From: Candidatus Doudnabacteria bacterium
Lineage (GTDB): Bacteria > Patescibacteriota > Doudnabacteria > UBA920 > O2-02-FULL-48-8
NCBI GenBank assembly: GCA_037200925.1
Contig: JBBCGO010000001.1
Span: forward strand, 601,607 to 665,606
Length of the DNA: 64,000 bases
Direction: 5' to 3'
Part shown: positions 22,473 through 33,458 of the stretch, one piece after another
How the letters are laid out: each line of letters begins with the position of its first letter
Numbering within the stretch: position 1 is the stretch's first letter
The notes under the pieces: generated by a model
What the model saw: only the letters and a program-made list of their open reading frames with translations
Told to the model about the DNA's origin: nothing
Databases searched by the model: none
Translations under genes and position numbers: made by a program

Positions 22473-22799
22473 CGCGTCGCTTTCAATTCAAAGTGATTGT
22501 TTGTCCCTTGGCCACACTTTGAATTGTTAAATTAATAGCTTATATAAATGTCAACGATTTATTCTAACAGATAAGTTATCAACATGTAAATATAAAAATT
22601 TTGGCTAATTTAAGCCAAAAAAAAGCTATCATGTTAATATCATGTGGATTATGCGTGTATTAAATGTATAAAGCCGGCGTTTAGGTTAAAACAGATGACA
22701 AAAAAGTCTTGATATAGTATAATCATGAAGTTAATAATACAAAAAATTTGAATCGCAGGAATGTCTGACGTTCCCAAGAACAAATTTTGAGATACGACG
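22473..22799. other. dnaA-rpmH intergenic region, probable oriC / dnaA promoter
   Basis: AT-rich; one-mismatch DnaA boxes TTATCAACA (22576-22584) and TGTGGATTA (22643-22651). Confidence 0.65.
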
Positions 22800-22934
22800 A
22801 TGCAACCAACATATCGACCGAAAAAACTGCGGCGCAAGCGGGTACACGGCTTCAGAAAAAGGATGCGAACAAGCAATGGCCGAAATGTTCTGTCGCGCCG
22901 AAGAGCTCGCGGCCGAAAGAAATTGACGGTTTAA
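22800..22934 (+). CDS. rpmH: 50S ribosomal protein L34 (not in ORF track)
   Basis: Manual translation [44 protein letters not shown]; canonical position. Confidence 0.97.
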   Translation: MQPTYRPKKLRRKRVHGFRKRMRTSNGRNVLSRRRARGRKKLTV

Positions 22935-23276
22935 ATGGGAAAACTGGCTTTGCTTAAAAGCGAGCAGGACTTTGAAGGATTTCGGAACAGCAAGTCATAT
23001 CAGTCAACGAACCTGAAGATAAGGGTCCGCTCTTCATCCCCAGACCAAAACACCCCCCGTTTTGGTTTTATTATCCCCAAAAAACTTGTGCCCAAAGCGG
23101 TTCACAGAAATTTGATCAAGCGCCGGATCAAAAACGCATTGCTCAAATCAGCATCAAATCTTCAGGCAGTTGACGTTCTGTTCTTCCCGCGGCCGCAATT
23201 GCTTCAGAAAAAATTCGCCGATCTGGAGCAAGAGATCAAGCTAATCTTTATCAAAGCACGTTTATGGAAACCCTAA
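22935..23276 (+). CDS. rnpA: ribonuclease P protein component
   Basis: PRFGFIIPKK..KAVHRNLIKRR (RNR motif); follows rpmH. Confidence 0.93.
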   Translation: MGKLALLKSEQDFEGFRNSKSYQSTNLKIRVRSSSPDQNTPRFGFIIPKKLVPKAVHRNLIKRRIKNALLKSASNLQAVDVLFFPRPQLLQKKFADLEQEIKLIFIKARLWKP

Positions 23277-23521
23277 AGTTAATCAGCCGCATATTAGCCT
23301 GGCCACTACGGTTTTTGATCTGGGGTTACCAAAAAACCATTTCTCCGGACCATGGTTTTATCAGCAAGCTGTTTCCTTACGGCTACTGTAAATTCTATCC
23401 GTCCTGTTCAGCCTATGCGGATGCTGTTTTGAAACAACAGGGAATCATCGGCTTGCCTAAAATAATCCGCCGAATAATCAGTTGCCGTCCGGGTGCTCTC
23501 GGCGGGATCAATCTTCCTTAA
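23264..23521 (+). CDS. yidD: membrane protein insertion efficiency factor YidD
   Basis: YQKTISP, CKFYPSCSAY, RIISCRP. Confidence 0.93.
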   Translation: METLKLISRILAWPLRFLIWGYQKTISPDHGFISKLFPYGYCKFYPSCSAYADAVLKQQGIIGLPKIIRRIISCRPGALGGINLP

Positions 23522-23524
23522 TTT

Positions 23525-24238
23525 ATGAATATCGGGCATATTTTCAATTCACTTTTAGTCTACCCGCTGCTGAATTTGCTGGTTTTTTTCTACCACTATA
23601 TCCCTGACATTGGCGTAGTAATAATTCTTTTGACCGTGCTCATCCGCTTGGTGCTTCTCCCTTCATTCCATAAATCACTGAAGCAGCAGAAGGCTTTGGC
23701 GGAACTGCAGCCAAAAATGAATGAGATCAAGGAGAAATATAAGGACGACAAGGAAGCGCAGGCCAAAGCCACAATGGAGCTTTACCAGGTCCACAAGGTC
23801 AACCCGCTCAGCTCCTGTCTGCCGCTTTTGATCCAGCTCCCGATCTTGATCGCGTTATATCAGGTTTTTATTAAAAGCTTAAGCGGAAAAACCCTGGTCG
23901 GTCTGTACAGTTTTGTTCATGCCCCCCAAAGCATTAATCCGATCTTCCTTCACTTTTTAAATTTGGCGCATACGAATGTGGTGATGGCCTTCCTGGCCGG
24001 GATCCTGCAGTATTTCCAAAGCCGCTTAATGTTGCCCAAAACCCGATCCGACGACCCAACGGCCAGAATGCTGGCATATCAAACCATGTATTTTTTACCG
24101 GCAGTTACGATCCTGCTGGGCATCAGGTTCCCGGCCGGGCTGACGCTTTATTGGGTGGTGACGACGCTGTTTGGGATCGGACAGCAGTATTATATTCTGA
24201 GAAAAGAAGCAAAAGGAGCCTTAAATGCAGCCCAGTAA
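23525..24238 (+). CDS. yidC: YidC/Oxa1 membrane protein insertase
   Basis: LQPKM..IKEKY, NPLSSCLPLLIQLPI, PAGLTLYW. Confidence 0.95.
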   Translation: MNIGHIFNSLLVYPLLNLLVFFYHYIPDIGVVIILLTVLIRLVLLPSFHKSLKQQKALAELQPKMNEIKEKYKDDKEAQAKATMELYQVHKVNPLSSCLPLLIQLPILIALYQVFIKSLSGKTLVGLYSFVHAPQSINPIFLHFLNLAHTNVVMAFLAGILQYFQSRLMLPKTRSDDPTARMLAYQTMYFLPAVTILLGIRFPAGLTLYWVVTTLFGIGQQYYILRKEAKGALNAAQ

Positions 24239-24725
24239 CGAAACGTTGAAAAATATTATTCTTGAACTGTTAAAGCGCATGGATTATGATGCGCAGGTTT
24301 TTGAGCGACAGGAAGAAGGGCGTACGGTTTTTAATATCAAGACGCGCGATGCACAGCTTCTGATCGGCAAACAGGGGGCGAATATGGAAGCTTTGCAATA
24401 TATTGTCCGCATAATCTTTCGCAAGCAAACTGACGATGACCTCTTTACTTTTGCGCTGGACGTGGATGATTATAAAGATAAGCGGGTCATTTATCTGAAA
24501 GAGCTGGCCCGCAAGGCAGCACATCATGTCCGCCAGACCCGAAAACCCGTGTCGCTTGAGCCAATGCCGTCTTATGAGCGAAGAGTCATCCATAACTATT
24601 TGTCATTATTTTCCGATATTTCATCAGAGAGCGTGGGGAAAGAACCTAACCGCAAACTTGTGATCAAAAATAAACAGCGGCCCAAGACCGCTGACGACGG
24701 TTTCAATTTTATTGAGAATTCCTAA
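24225..24725 (+). CDS. jag: Jag/EloR-like KH + R3H RNA-binding protein
   Basis: LIGKQG...ALQY, LEPMPSYERRVIH, SESVGKEPNR. Confidence 0.88.
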   Translation: MQPSNETLKNIILELLKRMDYDAQVFERQEEGRTVFNIKTRDAQLLIGKQGANMEALQYIVRIIFRKQTDDDLFTFALDVDDYKDKRVIYLKELARKAAHHVRQTRKPVSLEPMPSYERRVIHNYLSLFSDISSESVGKEPNRKLVIKNKQRPKTADDGFNFIENS

Positions 24726-25858
24726 ATATGCGCTGCCGCTACCATGAACCAAAATAATACGGATAAATCATTCTTAAAATAAGGAACATCCACCAATCCG
24801 TGTAAGATCACAACCGTGATAAATACACCCGAAGCAAGCGTGAGCGCATTCGGGTGTATTTTATATTGTTTGAAAACAAAAACGCAGACAGCTCCAAAAC
24901 TTATCAATCCCAACAGGCCCATCTCCAGCCAGAAGTTAAAGAATATGTTGTGCGGATAACTTACTCCCTGATTTAGGATCGCAAAGCCGCCTAAGCCGTT
25001 GCCCAAGATCGGATTTTGCATGATTTTTTGCCAGCTCAGGCGGATCAGATCAAGGTGCGCGCTGCTGGAAGGGTCGGCAAGGCCCAACCGAATGCGCTGG
25101 TTGATCGCGGGAATGAAAAATAAAATCAACCCGGCGATCACCACGGCCGGCAGGACTTTTTTCAGGCCGTATTTTCTTGCCAACAAGACCAAAGCTACAA
25201 GCGCAACAGCAAACCAAGCGCCGCGGGAGAAAGTCAGCAAAAGCCCCAGTCCCATAATTATCAAACCTGTTGGCAGCCATTTTTTCAGACCTAAATCGTA
25301 GCGCTTGAGCCAAAGAGTAAAATAAAAACCGATCAAGGGCGCCAAGTATAAGGCCAGGGCATTGGGGTAATCAAAAACCGATGTGATGCGCTCAACTTCG
25401 TCCCCTGTCCCCCAAAACCGCAGAGGCAAATGGATATAAGTAAAATATTGGATTATCCCAAACAGGGAGATCAAGCCTGCGGACAAAAACAGCCAGCGTA
25501 AAACTGTTGCCAATTTTTCTTTTGAATCAATAATTAGAACCGCGGCATAGAAGACCAGCACCGGCTCTATGATAAAAGCTTTCAACTGGCCCAAAGCCGG
25601 CAGTTTTTCCGGCGAGATGATCGTGGAAATAATTCCGGCGAGGACGAACAATCCAATAGCATAGTTGATCTTTCCTAATCGTTTAATAGAAGCCAGTTGA
25701 TTCATCAGCTTTTTTGAGCCAATTAATCGACTGACCACAGTTCCAAACAAAAAAACCACGATCAATAATTCCAGAAAAGTGGTTGGGAGGCCGAATAATT
25801 TTAACCGGATCAAGTACGCCGGCAGCAGCGCCAGAATAAGACTTAATAGATATATCAT
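24722..25858 (-). CDS. O-antigen ligase family membrane protein
   Basis: Polytopic; R.TSVFDYPNALA, TFSRGAW, G.GLGGF, PHN.F..FW.E.G..G. Confidence 0.85.
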   Translation of the reverse strand: MIYLLSLILALLPAYLIRLKLFGLPTTFLELLIVVFLFGTVVSRLIGSKKLMNQLASIKRLGKINYAIGLFVLAGIISTIISPEKLPALGQLKAFIIEPVLVFYAAVLIIDSKEKLATVLRWLFLSAGLISLFGIIQYFTYIHLPLRFWGTGDEVERITSVFDYPNALALYLAPLIGFYFTLWLKRYDLGLKKWLPTGLIIMGLGLLLTFSRGAWFAVALVALVLLARKYGLKKVLPAVVIAGLILFFIPAINQRIRLGLADPSSSAHLDLIRLSWQKIMQNPILGNGLGGFAILNQGVSYPHNIFFNFWLEMGLLGLISFGAVCVFVFKQYKIHPNALTLASGVFITVVILHGLVDVPYFKNDLSVLFWFMVAAAHI

Positions 25859-28440
25859 TGCGAATTGACGTTGATATTGAGGCGGATGCTGTTTTGAACA
25901 GTTCCGCCGTTAGGAAGATGTGCTTTCGCAGTCAGGGTCTGCCAGCCATTTTTAACACCGGTGACGGTAAAATTATAAGGCGCCGAATTTTTCGTGCCCA
26001 GGTCCACGTTATCCAAAGAAATATCTACGGCATCGGGAGTAATGCCGTTTAGACCCACTTGCACGACAAAAGGCAGGCTGGTAATTTCTTGATTGCCGGA
26101 AGGGCTGATGATGTTTATGTTTTGGCTGCTTGTGGGCACAGCGCCTGCTGAGCCGTCATCAAACTCAGTCGGAGGATACTCGTACCCGTTAGTCGTAGCC
26201 CAGAGCTCGACCGGCGTTTCCCAGGCCGGGTTATTCGGCATTTCAGAATGGAGCACGGTGAAAACTTTTGTTTCCAGATCCTCAGGCGGAGTTTGACTGG
26301 TGGCCAGCTTGCCGTTCAGTTTGTTGATCTGGACCGGCACATGCACATCATCAAAAGCAGTAGGCAAAGCAAAGCTCGTGAAGACCTCGGATTTTGTAGA
26401 AAGAGTGTATTGGGTCGGCAGTTTGCCGGAGACTGAGTCAACCATAATATGCTGGATGCCGGAAGGCTCGGCGAATTGTTCCGGCGGCGTGCCTTTCAGG
26501 GCATTGCGCATGAACTGGTTCCAGATGGGCGCGGCAACCACTACGCCGTCAGCCCCTTGCTTCATGGGAGTGTAATCATTGTTGCCGACCCAGACGCCGG
26601 CTGCCAGGGATGGGGTAAATCCAAGGGTCCAGCCGTCGCGCCAGGCCTGGGTTGTTCCTGTTTTGGCAGCCACCACGCGGTCAGGCAGGATCAGGGGCGA
26701 TTTGGCGCCGAAAACAAAGGTACGTGCGTCATTATCGGTCATGATGCTGACGATCTGATACGCGATCTGCGGGTCCAAAACCTGCTGGCCGGGATTGTCT
26801 TTGTATTGTTCCAAAACCTTCCCGCTGCTGTCGGTAACGCTCAGAATGGAAGTTTGGTCATGTTTTACTCCTCCATCGGCGAATACCGACATGGCTGAAG
26901 TGTGGTCAAGCAGCGTCACTTCGCATCCGCCCAGAACCAAGGATAAACCGCAGCGGTCCGCGCTAATATCAGATGTAATACCCATGTCTTTGGCGGTATC
27001 AATTGCAGACTGCACCCCGACCAAGGCCAAAGTTTTGACCGCCGGCACGTTCAATGATCCGGCCATGGCTTTGCGGATGTTGACTATGCCATGGTCCTGC
27101 CCGTCGTAATTGGTGGGAATATAATCTTTGTTTCCGTAAGTGCCGAAGTTGGTTTTGACATCCATGAGCATTGTGGCCGGGCTCATGCCTTGTTTAAAGG
27201 CTGTAGCATAGACGTAAGGCTTGATCGATGAGCCGGGCTGTTCCGGAGCAAGCGCGACGTTGACCTGGCAGAAATCGCAATCAGGTTTAAAATAATCTCG
27301 AGATCCGACCATGGCCAAGATCTGATTGGTTTTAGGATCTACGGCCACGAGCGCGGCATTGGAAGCCTTGTCGTTATTTTTTTCATTTTTGGCCACGCCA
27401 TCTTCGACCGCCTGTTCGGCAGTCTGTTGCAAGTTCCAATCCAAGGTCGTTACAACCTTCAGGCCGCCTTCCTCAAGCGTCGTCTCTCCGTATTTTTGGG
27501 CAAGTTGAGATTCCACGTAAAGGACAAAATGCGGAGCCAGGATCGCGTCCCTCACTCCGGTAAAAGCAACTTTTTCGTTTTTTGCGGAGTCGCGCTGATC
27601 TTTCGTGATATATCCTTGGTCAAACATCTGATCCAAGATCGTATTTTTTCTGGCTTCCAGCGCGTCTCGGTGGGCGCTATAGTAGGTCGGAGCTTGGGGG
27701 AGAGCCGCCAGATAAGCGGCTTGCGCTAAGTCCAGATCATGCGCGTGCTTGCCAAAGTAAGTTTGCGCCGCCGCCTCGATGCCGTAGGCGTTCTGGCCGT
27801 AAGGAATTTCATTCAGATAAAGTTTCAGAATGTCGTCTTTGGAATATATTTGATCCAGCTCAATGGCCAAAAGGATCTCTTTGAATTTGCGCGTTATCGT
27901 TTTTTCGCGCGTTAATATCGCGTTACGCACAAACTGCTGCGTAATAGTTGATCCGCCCTGGCTTAAGCTGCCGGAAGTCAGGTCGACCCAGACCGATCGG
28001 ATGATGCCGGTCCAGCTGACGCCCGGGTTTTTATAAAAATTTTTGTCCTCAATGGCGATCGTGGCCTGTTTGACATTGTCCGGAATGTCGTTCCAATCCA
28101 GCAACGTCCGCTTGACCTCGCCGTGAATTTCATAAAGCAGGGTCGTGCCGTCGCGCGCGTAGATCTTGGTTGATTGCGCCACGATCCGGCTGTTTAGCTT
28201 ATTCGGGTCAGGAAGGCTTAAAGAGATCGTCGCAAAGGCCAAGCTTACGAGCAATAAAAGAACCGCTCCCGTGTAGATGAGTGTCTGGAAGATCTTGTGC
28301 CGGAAGTTTTTTTCCGTGCGGAATTTATATATCAAAAATTTGGGATAACTTAAGAGGCCGTCCCAAACTTTTTTGAAGCTTGGCTTTTGATTCCTGTTCC
28401 ATTTGGAATAGTTTAGGTAAACCATAAAATGCCTACTCAT
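25855..28440 (-). CDS. class A penicillin-binding protein (PBP1A family) with C-terminal Ig-like domain
   Basis: AIEDKNF, GGSTITQQ, RKFKE, PGSSIKP, SLN, KTGT. Confidence 0.95.
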   Translation of the reverse strand: MSRHFMVYLNYSKWNRNQKPSFKKVWDGLLSYPKFLIYKFRTEKNFRHKIFQTLIYTGAVLLLLVSLAFATISLSLPDPNKLNSRIVAQSTKIYARDGTTLLYEIHGEVKRTLLDWNDIPDNVKQATIAIEDKNFYKNPGVSWTGIIRSVWVDLTSGSLSQGGSTITQQFVRNAILTREKTITRKFKEILLAIELDQIYSKDDILKLYLNEIPYGQNAYGIEAAAQTYFGKHAHDLDLAQAAYLAALPQAPTYYSAHRDALEARKNTILDQMFDQGYITKDQRDSAKNEKVAFTGVRDAILAPHFVLYVESQLAQKYGETTLEEGGLKVVTTLDWNLQQTAEQAVEDGVAKNEKNNDKASNAALVAVDPKTNQILAMVGSRDYFKPDCDFCQVNVALAPEQPGSSIKPYVYATAFKQGMSPATMLMDVKTNFGTYGNKDYIPTNYDGQDHGIVNIRKAMAGSLNVPAVKTLALVGVQSAIDTAKDMGITSDISADRCGLSLVLGGCEVTLLDHTSAMSVFADGGVKHDQTSILSVTDSSGKVLEQYKDNPGQQVLDPQIAYQIVSIMTDNDARTFVFGAKSPLILPDRVVAAKTGTTQAWRDGWTLGFTPSLAAGVWVGNNDYTPMKQGADGVVVAAPIWNQFMRNALKGTPPEQFAEPSGIQHIMVDSVSGKLPTQYTLSTKSEVFTSFALPTAFDDVHVPVQINKLNGKLATSQTPPEDLETKVFTVLHSEMPNNPAWETPVELWATTNGYEYPPTEFDDGSAGAVPTSSQNINIISPSGNQEITSLPFVVQVGLNGITPDAVDISLDNVDLGTKNSAPYNFTVTGVKNGWQTLTAKAHLPNGGTVQNSIRLNINVNSQ

Positions 28441-28478
28441 TGTACCAAAAAACTGATATAATTGGAATGCACTAAATA

Positions 28479-29654
28479 ATGCTCATGGATAAAAATCAAG
28501 CAGCTGATGAATTATTGAATCGGGCAGTTTCCGAGACGATCGACCGCAAGCATCTGGAAACCGCACTTAAGTCTTCCAAAAAATTACGCGTGAAGCTCGG
28601 TATCGATCCGACAAGTCCAAACCTTCATATTGGCCGCGCAGTGGTGCTTTGGAAATTGCGCCAGTTCCAGGATCTGGGCCATCAGGTAGTGTTAATAGTC
28701 GGAGATTTTACGGGTTTGATCGGAGATACGTCTGATAAAGATTCGGAACGCCCAATGATGACCGAAGTTGCTGTTCGAGCCAATATGAAAACTTATTTGG
28801 AACAAGCTTTCAAGATTCTGGACCCGAAGAAAACTGAGACACATTACAATTCCGAGTGGTTAAAGAAATTGGGCTTCCATGAAATCGGAAAAATGGCCGA
28901 TCTTTTTGGATTGCATGAATTTGAAGCTCGAGAGGTTATTTCAAAACGAATGAAAGCCGGTAAAAGAGTTTCCTTGCGTGAAATCCTCTATCCTTTGATG
29001 CAAGGATACGATTCTGTTGCAATTAAAGCCGATGTGGAACTGGGTGGCACTGATCAGAGGTTTAATTTGCTGGCCGGACGGACGATTCAGCCGACTTACG
29101 GACAGGCGCCGCAGGATATTTTAATGACGAATCTGCTGGAAGGCACGGATGGCCGAAAAATGTCATCGTCTTGGGGTAATGTCATCAATCTGACCGATGA
29201 ACCCAATGATATGTTCGGCAAGGTCATGTCAATTGCCGATGAGTTGATCATAAAGTACTTTGAATACGCTACCCGTCTTTCTATGCATAAGGTCAAACAA
29301 CTGGAAAAAGAATTGAAAGCCGGAACAAATCCTCGTGATATCAAGAAATTGCTGGCTGAAGAGATAGTTTCTTTGTACTATGGCGCCAAAGTTGCCAAGA
29401 AAGCTTCTGCTGAGTGGGCTAAAGTTTTTTCAAACAAAGAAAAACCCTCGGCGATAGAGAAGATGCACGTGAGATCAAAAAATATTGTAGATGTTATGGT
29501 TGAAACCAAACTTGCGGCCAGCAAAAGCGAGGCGAAAAGATTGATTGAGCAAAAAGGCGTGAAGGTGGATGATGAGATTGCTTCTGAATCAGCCAAAGTT
29601 TCAAGCGGTTCTATCATCCAAGTCGGGAAAAGAAAATTTGTCCGGATTAAATAA
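28479..29654 (+). CDS. tyrS: tyrosine-tRNA ligase
   Basis: GIDPTSPNLHIG, YPLMQGYD, GGTDQRFN, KMSSS, C-terminal S4 domain. Confidence 0.97.
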   Translation: MLMDKNQAADELLNRAVSETIDRKHLETALKSSKKLRVKLGIDPTSPNLHIGRAVVLWKLRQFQDLGHQVVLIVGDFTGLIGDTSDKDSERPMMTEVAVRANMKTYLEQAFKILDPKKTETHYNSEWLKKLGFHEIGKMADLFGLHEFEAREVISKRMKAGKRVSLREILYPLMQGYDSVAIKADVELGGTDQRFNLLAGRTIQPTYGQAPQDILMTNLLEGTDGRKMSSSWGNVINLTDEPNDMFGKVMSIADELIIKYFEYATRLSMHKVKQLEKELKAGTNPRDIKKLLAEEIVSLYYGAKVAKKASAEWAKVFSNKEKPSAIEKMHVRSKNIVDVMVETKLAASKSEAKRLIEQKGVKVDDEIASESAKVSSGSIIQVGKRKFVRIK

Positions 29655-29708
29655 GATAAAAAATCGCATCTTAAATAAAATACCCCGAAACAAGTTCGGG
29701 GTTTCGTT

Positions 29709-30182
29709 TTAATATTTCATTCGTCCAATTCCGGCCCAAGCGATAGCAACAGCATCAGCCGCGTCATCCGGCTTTGGGATCTTTTTTAGTTTCAGAACCG
29801 TTTGCATCATGCGGTGGACCTGGCGCTTGTCCGCCTTGCCATAGCCCGTGGATGCAATTTTGACCTGCAGTGGAGTTACTTCAACGATTTTAAGCTTATG
29901 GTCAGCACAAGTCGCAAGAATCACCCCGCGCGCTTGCGATACCATCATGGCAGTTTTGACATTAGCCGCAAAGAATAAAGACTCCACGCAGACGGCGTCA
30001 GGCTTAAATTTTTTGATCAGCTGCGAAAGGTCCTGCTTGATCTCCAAAAGCCGCCGGTATTCCGCATCTCCTATTGTAGTTGTGATACAGCCGACTTCTT
30101 TCAGCGAAATATTATTGCCGGTTTGCTCCAGCAGTGCATATCCTGTCCTTCCCAGCCCCGGATCAATTCCCAGTATTTTCAT
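29709..30182 (-). CDS. ruvC: Holliday junction resolvase RuvC
   Basis: ILGIDPG, VE.LFF, QARGV, GYGKADK, PDDAADA. Confidence 0.96.
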   Translation of the reverse strand: MKILGIDPGLGRTGYALLEQTGNNISLKEVGCITTTIGDAEYRRLLEIKQDLSQLIKKFKPDAVCVESLFFAANVKTAMMVSQARGVILATCADHKLKIVEVTPLQVKIASTGYGKADKRQVHRMMQTVLKLKKIPKPDDAADAVAIAWAGIGRMKY

Positions 30183-30895
30183 AAGTTTGTGTTTGAATGA
30201 ACCGCCACTACATCGTCATCGTCGTTTAACGCATCGATCAGGGTTTGGACTTTTGTCTGATCAGCTTCCTGCAGTTGAGTGGGCTGTTGCGGACGCATGA
30301 CGAGTTCACTAGAAAGTACTTTGATCCTTTTGCTTTCAATGAATTTCTTTGTTTTTTCAATGTCCAGCGGCAAAGTATAAACTTCCATTCCTTCTTCCGT
30401 TTCTTTAACATCCTCGACTCCTTGGTCGATCAGCTCCAGAGACAGATTCTCAAGTCCCGCTTGTTTTTCTATCAGGATCTCGCCTTTTGATTCGAACATC
30501 CAGGCTACAGAACCCTGCTCCCCCATCCGTCCGCCGTTTTTGGAAAAAATATTGCGGATGCTCTGCAGAGTGCGGTTGGAATTGTCAGTCACCGCCTCAA
30601 CTATAAAAGCCGAGCCTGCCGGCCCGTAGCCTTCGTACGTCACCTGTTCAATTGCTTCTTTGCCTTCGCCGGCGCCTCGTTTGATCGATCGGTCAATGTT
30701 GTCTTTCGGCATCCCGGACTCTTTCGCTTTATCCACTGCCATGCGCAACTGAAAATTAAAGGTCGGATCAGGGCCGCCGCCGGTTTTGACGGCAATGGAA
30801 ATATTTTTGGCAAGCTTAGTAAAAAGCGTGCCGCGCTTGGCATCTGCCGCGCCTTTGCTTCGTTTGATTGTCGCCCACTTGCTGTGTCCTGACAT
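30179..30895 (-). CDS. yebC: YebC/PmpR-family DNA-binding regulator
   Basis: MSGHSKWATIKR, YEGYGP, TDNSNRT. Confidence 0.95.
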   Translation of the reverse strand: MSGHSKWATIKRSKGAADAKRGTLFTKLAKNISIAVKTGGGPDPTFNFQLRMAVDKAKESGMPKDNIDRSIKRGAGEGKEAIEQVTYEGYGPAGSAFIVEAVTDNSNRTLQSIRNIFSKNGGRMGEQGSVAWMFESKGEILIEKQAGLENLSLELIDQGVEDVKETEEGMEVYTLPLDIEKTKKFIESKRIKVLSSELVMRPQQPTQLQEADQTKVQTLIDALNDDDDVVAVHSNTNL

Positions 30896-30986
30896 ATAAG
30901 CATTATAACAAAATTTGCTCAGTAGCATGCTCATGATTAAAGTCTTAAGCAAAACAAAACCGCTTCTTTCGAAGCGGTTAGTTTTT

Positions 30987-33453
30987 TTATATCAATGTCG
31001 TAGTCGCAACTTTATCTCCTGCATCTAGGGTCATGATTCTTACGCCTTGCGTAGCGCGGCCCAGGGTTGAGATCTTGGCCAGAGGCGTGCGCAGGGTTTG
31101 GCCGAGCTTACTGATGACGACCAGGTCGTGCTCTTCGGATTTGTCCACCACATGTAAGGATACGATCTTGCCGGTTTTGGGCGTGACTTTCAAAGTCTTG
31201 ATGCCGGAGCCGCCGCGATGCTGTTTTTTGTAGAACTTCAGATCGGTCTTTTTGCCCAAACCGTTTTCCGTGACGATCAAAAGCTGCACATTATCAATGT
31301 TATTTTTCTTGGATACCAGATCCATGCTGATCAGGACATCGTCTTTTTTCAATCGCATGCCTTTGACGCCTGCGGCAGTGCGGCCCATGGCGCGGACATC
31401 TTTTTCATCAAATCGGATTGCTTGGCCGTTGGAAGTAGAAAGGATAACGTCATCATCACCTGCAGAATATTTGACCCAGCGCAGTTCGTCCCCTGTTTTG
31501 ATCTTGATCGCGATGAGACCCGAGCGTCTGACCTTGGCAAACTCTTCAATAGCTGTTTTTTTGATCAAGCCTTTTTTGGTCGCCAGCACCAGGAACTTGG
31601 CCGGGATCTTTTTTGATAAGGTCAGCACTGAAGAGACCAATTCGTCGGTCGGCAGTTCCAGGAAATTGACCAAGGCCTGACCTCTGGCCACACGGGAAGC
31701 TTCCGGCAGTTCGTAAACTTTGGTCTGGAACACGCGGCCTTTGTTGGTGAAGAACAGGATATCATCATGAGTATTGGTCGTGTTGATCCATTCGACCACG
31801 TCCTCTTCCTTGGTGGTCATGCCGATGACGCCTTTGCCGCCGCGGCCCTGGGTTTTGTAAGTGTCAGGCGGCAAACGTTTGACGTAGCCTGATTTGGTGA
31901 TGATGACAATGGCCTGCTGTTCCGGAATCAGATCTTCGACTTTGAACTCGCCGATCGGCTGCTTGACCAGGGTCGTTTTGCGCGGATTATTGTATTTGTC
32001 TTTCAGTTCCAGCAGTTCGGTTTTCACCACGCCGCGGATCTTCTTTTCACTTTTCAGAAGCAGTTCCAGCTCTTCGATCAGTTTGCGTTTTTCTTTCAGT
32101 TCATCGTCAACTTTTTTGCGTTCCAGGCCGGCCAGTGCCCGCAGCTGCATCAATAAAATGGCTGCAGCTTGTTTGTCTGATAATTTAAATTTGCTTATCA
32201 AAGCCGCATGAGCCTCTTCCGTGGTATCAGATTTTCTGATGATTTGGATGACCGCGTCAATGTGGTCCAGAGCGATCTTCAAGCCTTCCAGGATGTGTGC
32301 GCGTTCTTTGGCGCGATTAAGATCGAAAACTGTTCTGCGCGTGATGATCTGGACTCGGTGCTTGATGTAATATTCCAGAATATTTTTCAGGTTCAAAACC
32401 TGCGGCTCGATCCCGTCCACCAGCGCCAGCATGTTGACGTGGAAAGTATCCTGCAAGGAAGAATATTTGAACAGCTGATTCAGGATTTTATTCGGCAGGC
32501 CTTCTTTTTTCAATTCAATGACGATCCGCACGCCGTCTTTGTCTGATTCATCGCGCAGATCTTTGATGCCCTCTATCTTTTTATCCTTGACCAGCTCCGC
32601 GAACTGTTCCAAGAGAGTTGCCTTGTTCACCTGATACGGGATCTCGTTGATGATGATCTTGTGCTGACCTTTTTCTTCCACGATCTCGGTGCGGGCGCGC
32701 ATGACAACCGGTCCTTTGCCCGTGGCGTAAACCTGCTTGATCGTGTTCCAGTCATAAATAAATCCGCCGGTGGGAAAATCCGGACCTTTCACGAATTCCA
32801 GCAGATCTTCCGTGGTGGCAGACGGCTCATCAATGAGCTTGACCGTGGCATCCACAACCTCGCCCAGATTATGCGGCGGAATGTTAGTCGCCATGCCGAC
32901 CGCAATTCCCAGAGTGCCGTTAAGCAGGAGGTTCGGCGCTTTGGCTGGCAGGACTTTTGGCTCCTGCCTTGTGGCGTCGTAGTTGTCCATCCAATCCACG
33001 GTTTCTTTATCCAAATCGGTCAGCATTTCTTCGGCCAGCGCCATCATGCGGGCCTCGGTATAGCGCATTGCGGCCGGCGCATCGCCGTCCATGGAGCCGA
33101 AGTTACCCTGCCCGTTCACCAGCGGGTACCGCATGGCGAATTCTTGGGCCATGCGAGCCATGGAATCATAGACCGCGGCATCGCCGTGGGGGGTGGTATT
33201 TGGCCAGCACTTCTCCGACCACAGCTGCGGATTTTCGGAATTTGGCATTGGAGCGAAGGCCGAGCTCTGACATGGCGTAAAGGATCCTTCGGTGCACAGG
33301 TTTGAGCCCGTCGCGCACATCCGGCAGGGCTCGCTGGACGATCACGCTCATGGCGTAATCCAAATATGACTCCTCCATTTCCCGTTCAATGGACCGGGGG
33401 TTGATCTGCCCTATATTTTTATCAATGGCTGCAGGTTCGTTAGGTTTGGCCAT
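30987..33453 (-). CDS. gyrA: DNA gyrase subunit A (indel in the G/C-run ~33190)
   Basis: [37 protein letters not shown], GyrA-box QGRGGKG. Confidence 0.96.
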
Positions 33454-33458
33454 ATAGA

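Noticed and set aside
6640-30932. Shared short sequence TGCTCAGTAGCA at ~6644 and ~30916
   Set aside because: Only 12 bp in two copies with different contexts; not distinguishable from chance or a minor repeat.
4073-33453. Frameshifts in uvrB, polA, gspE/pilB, tsaE, VanW, aminopeptidase, ruvB, two small membrane genes and gyrA as programmed frameshifting or pseudogenisation
   Set aside because: They are single-base indels, mostly in homopolymer runs, and include essential genes (gyrA) with otherwise intact sequence. Long-read consensus error is the simplest explanation; a read pileup would confirm.
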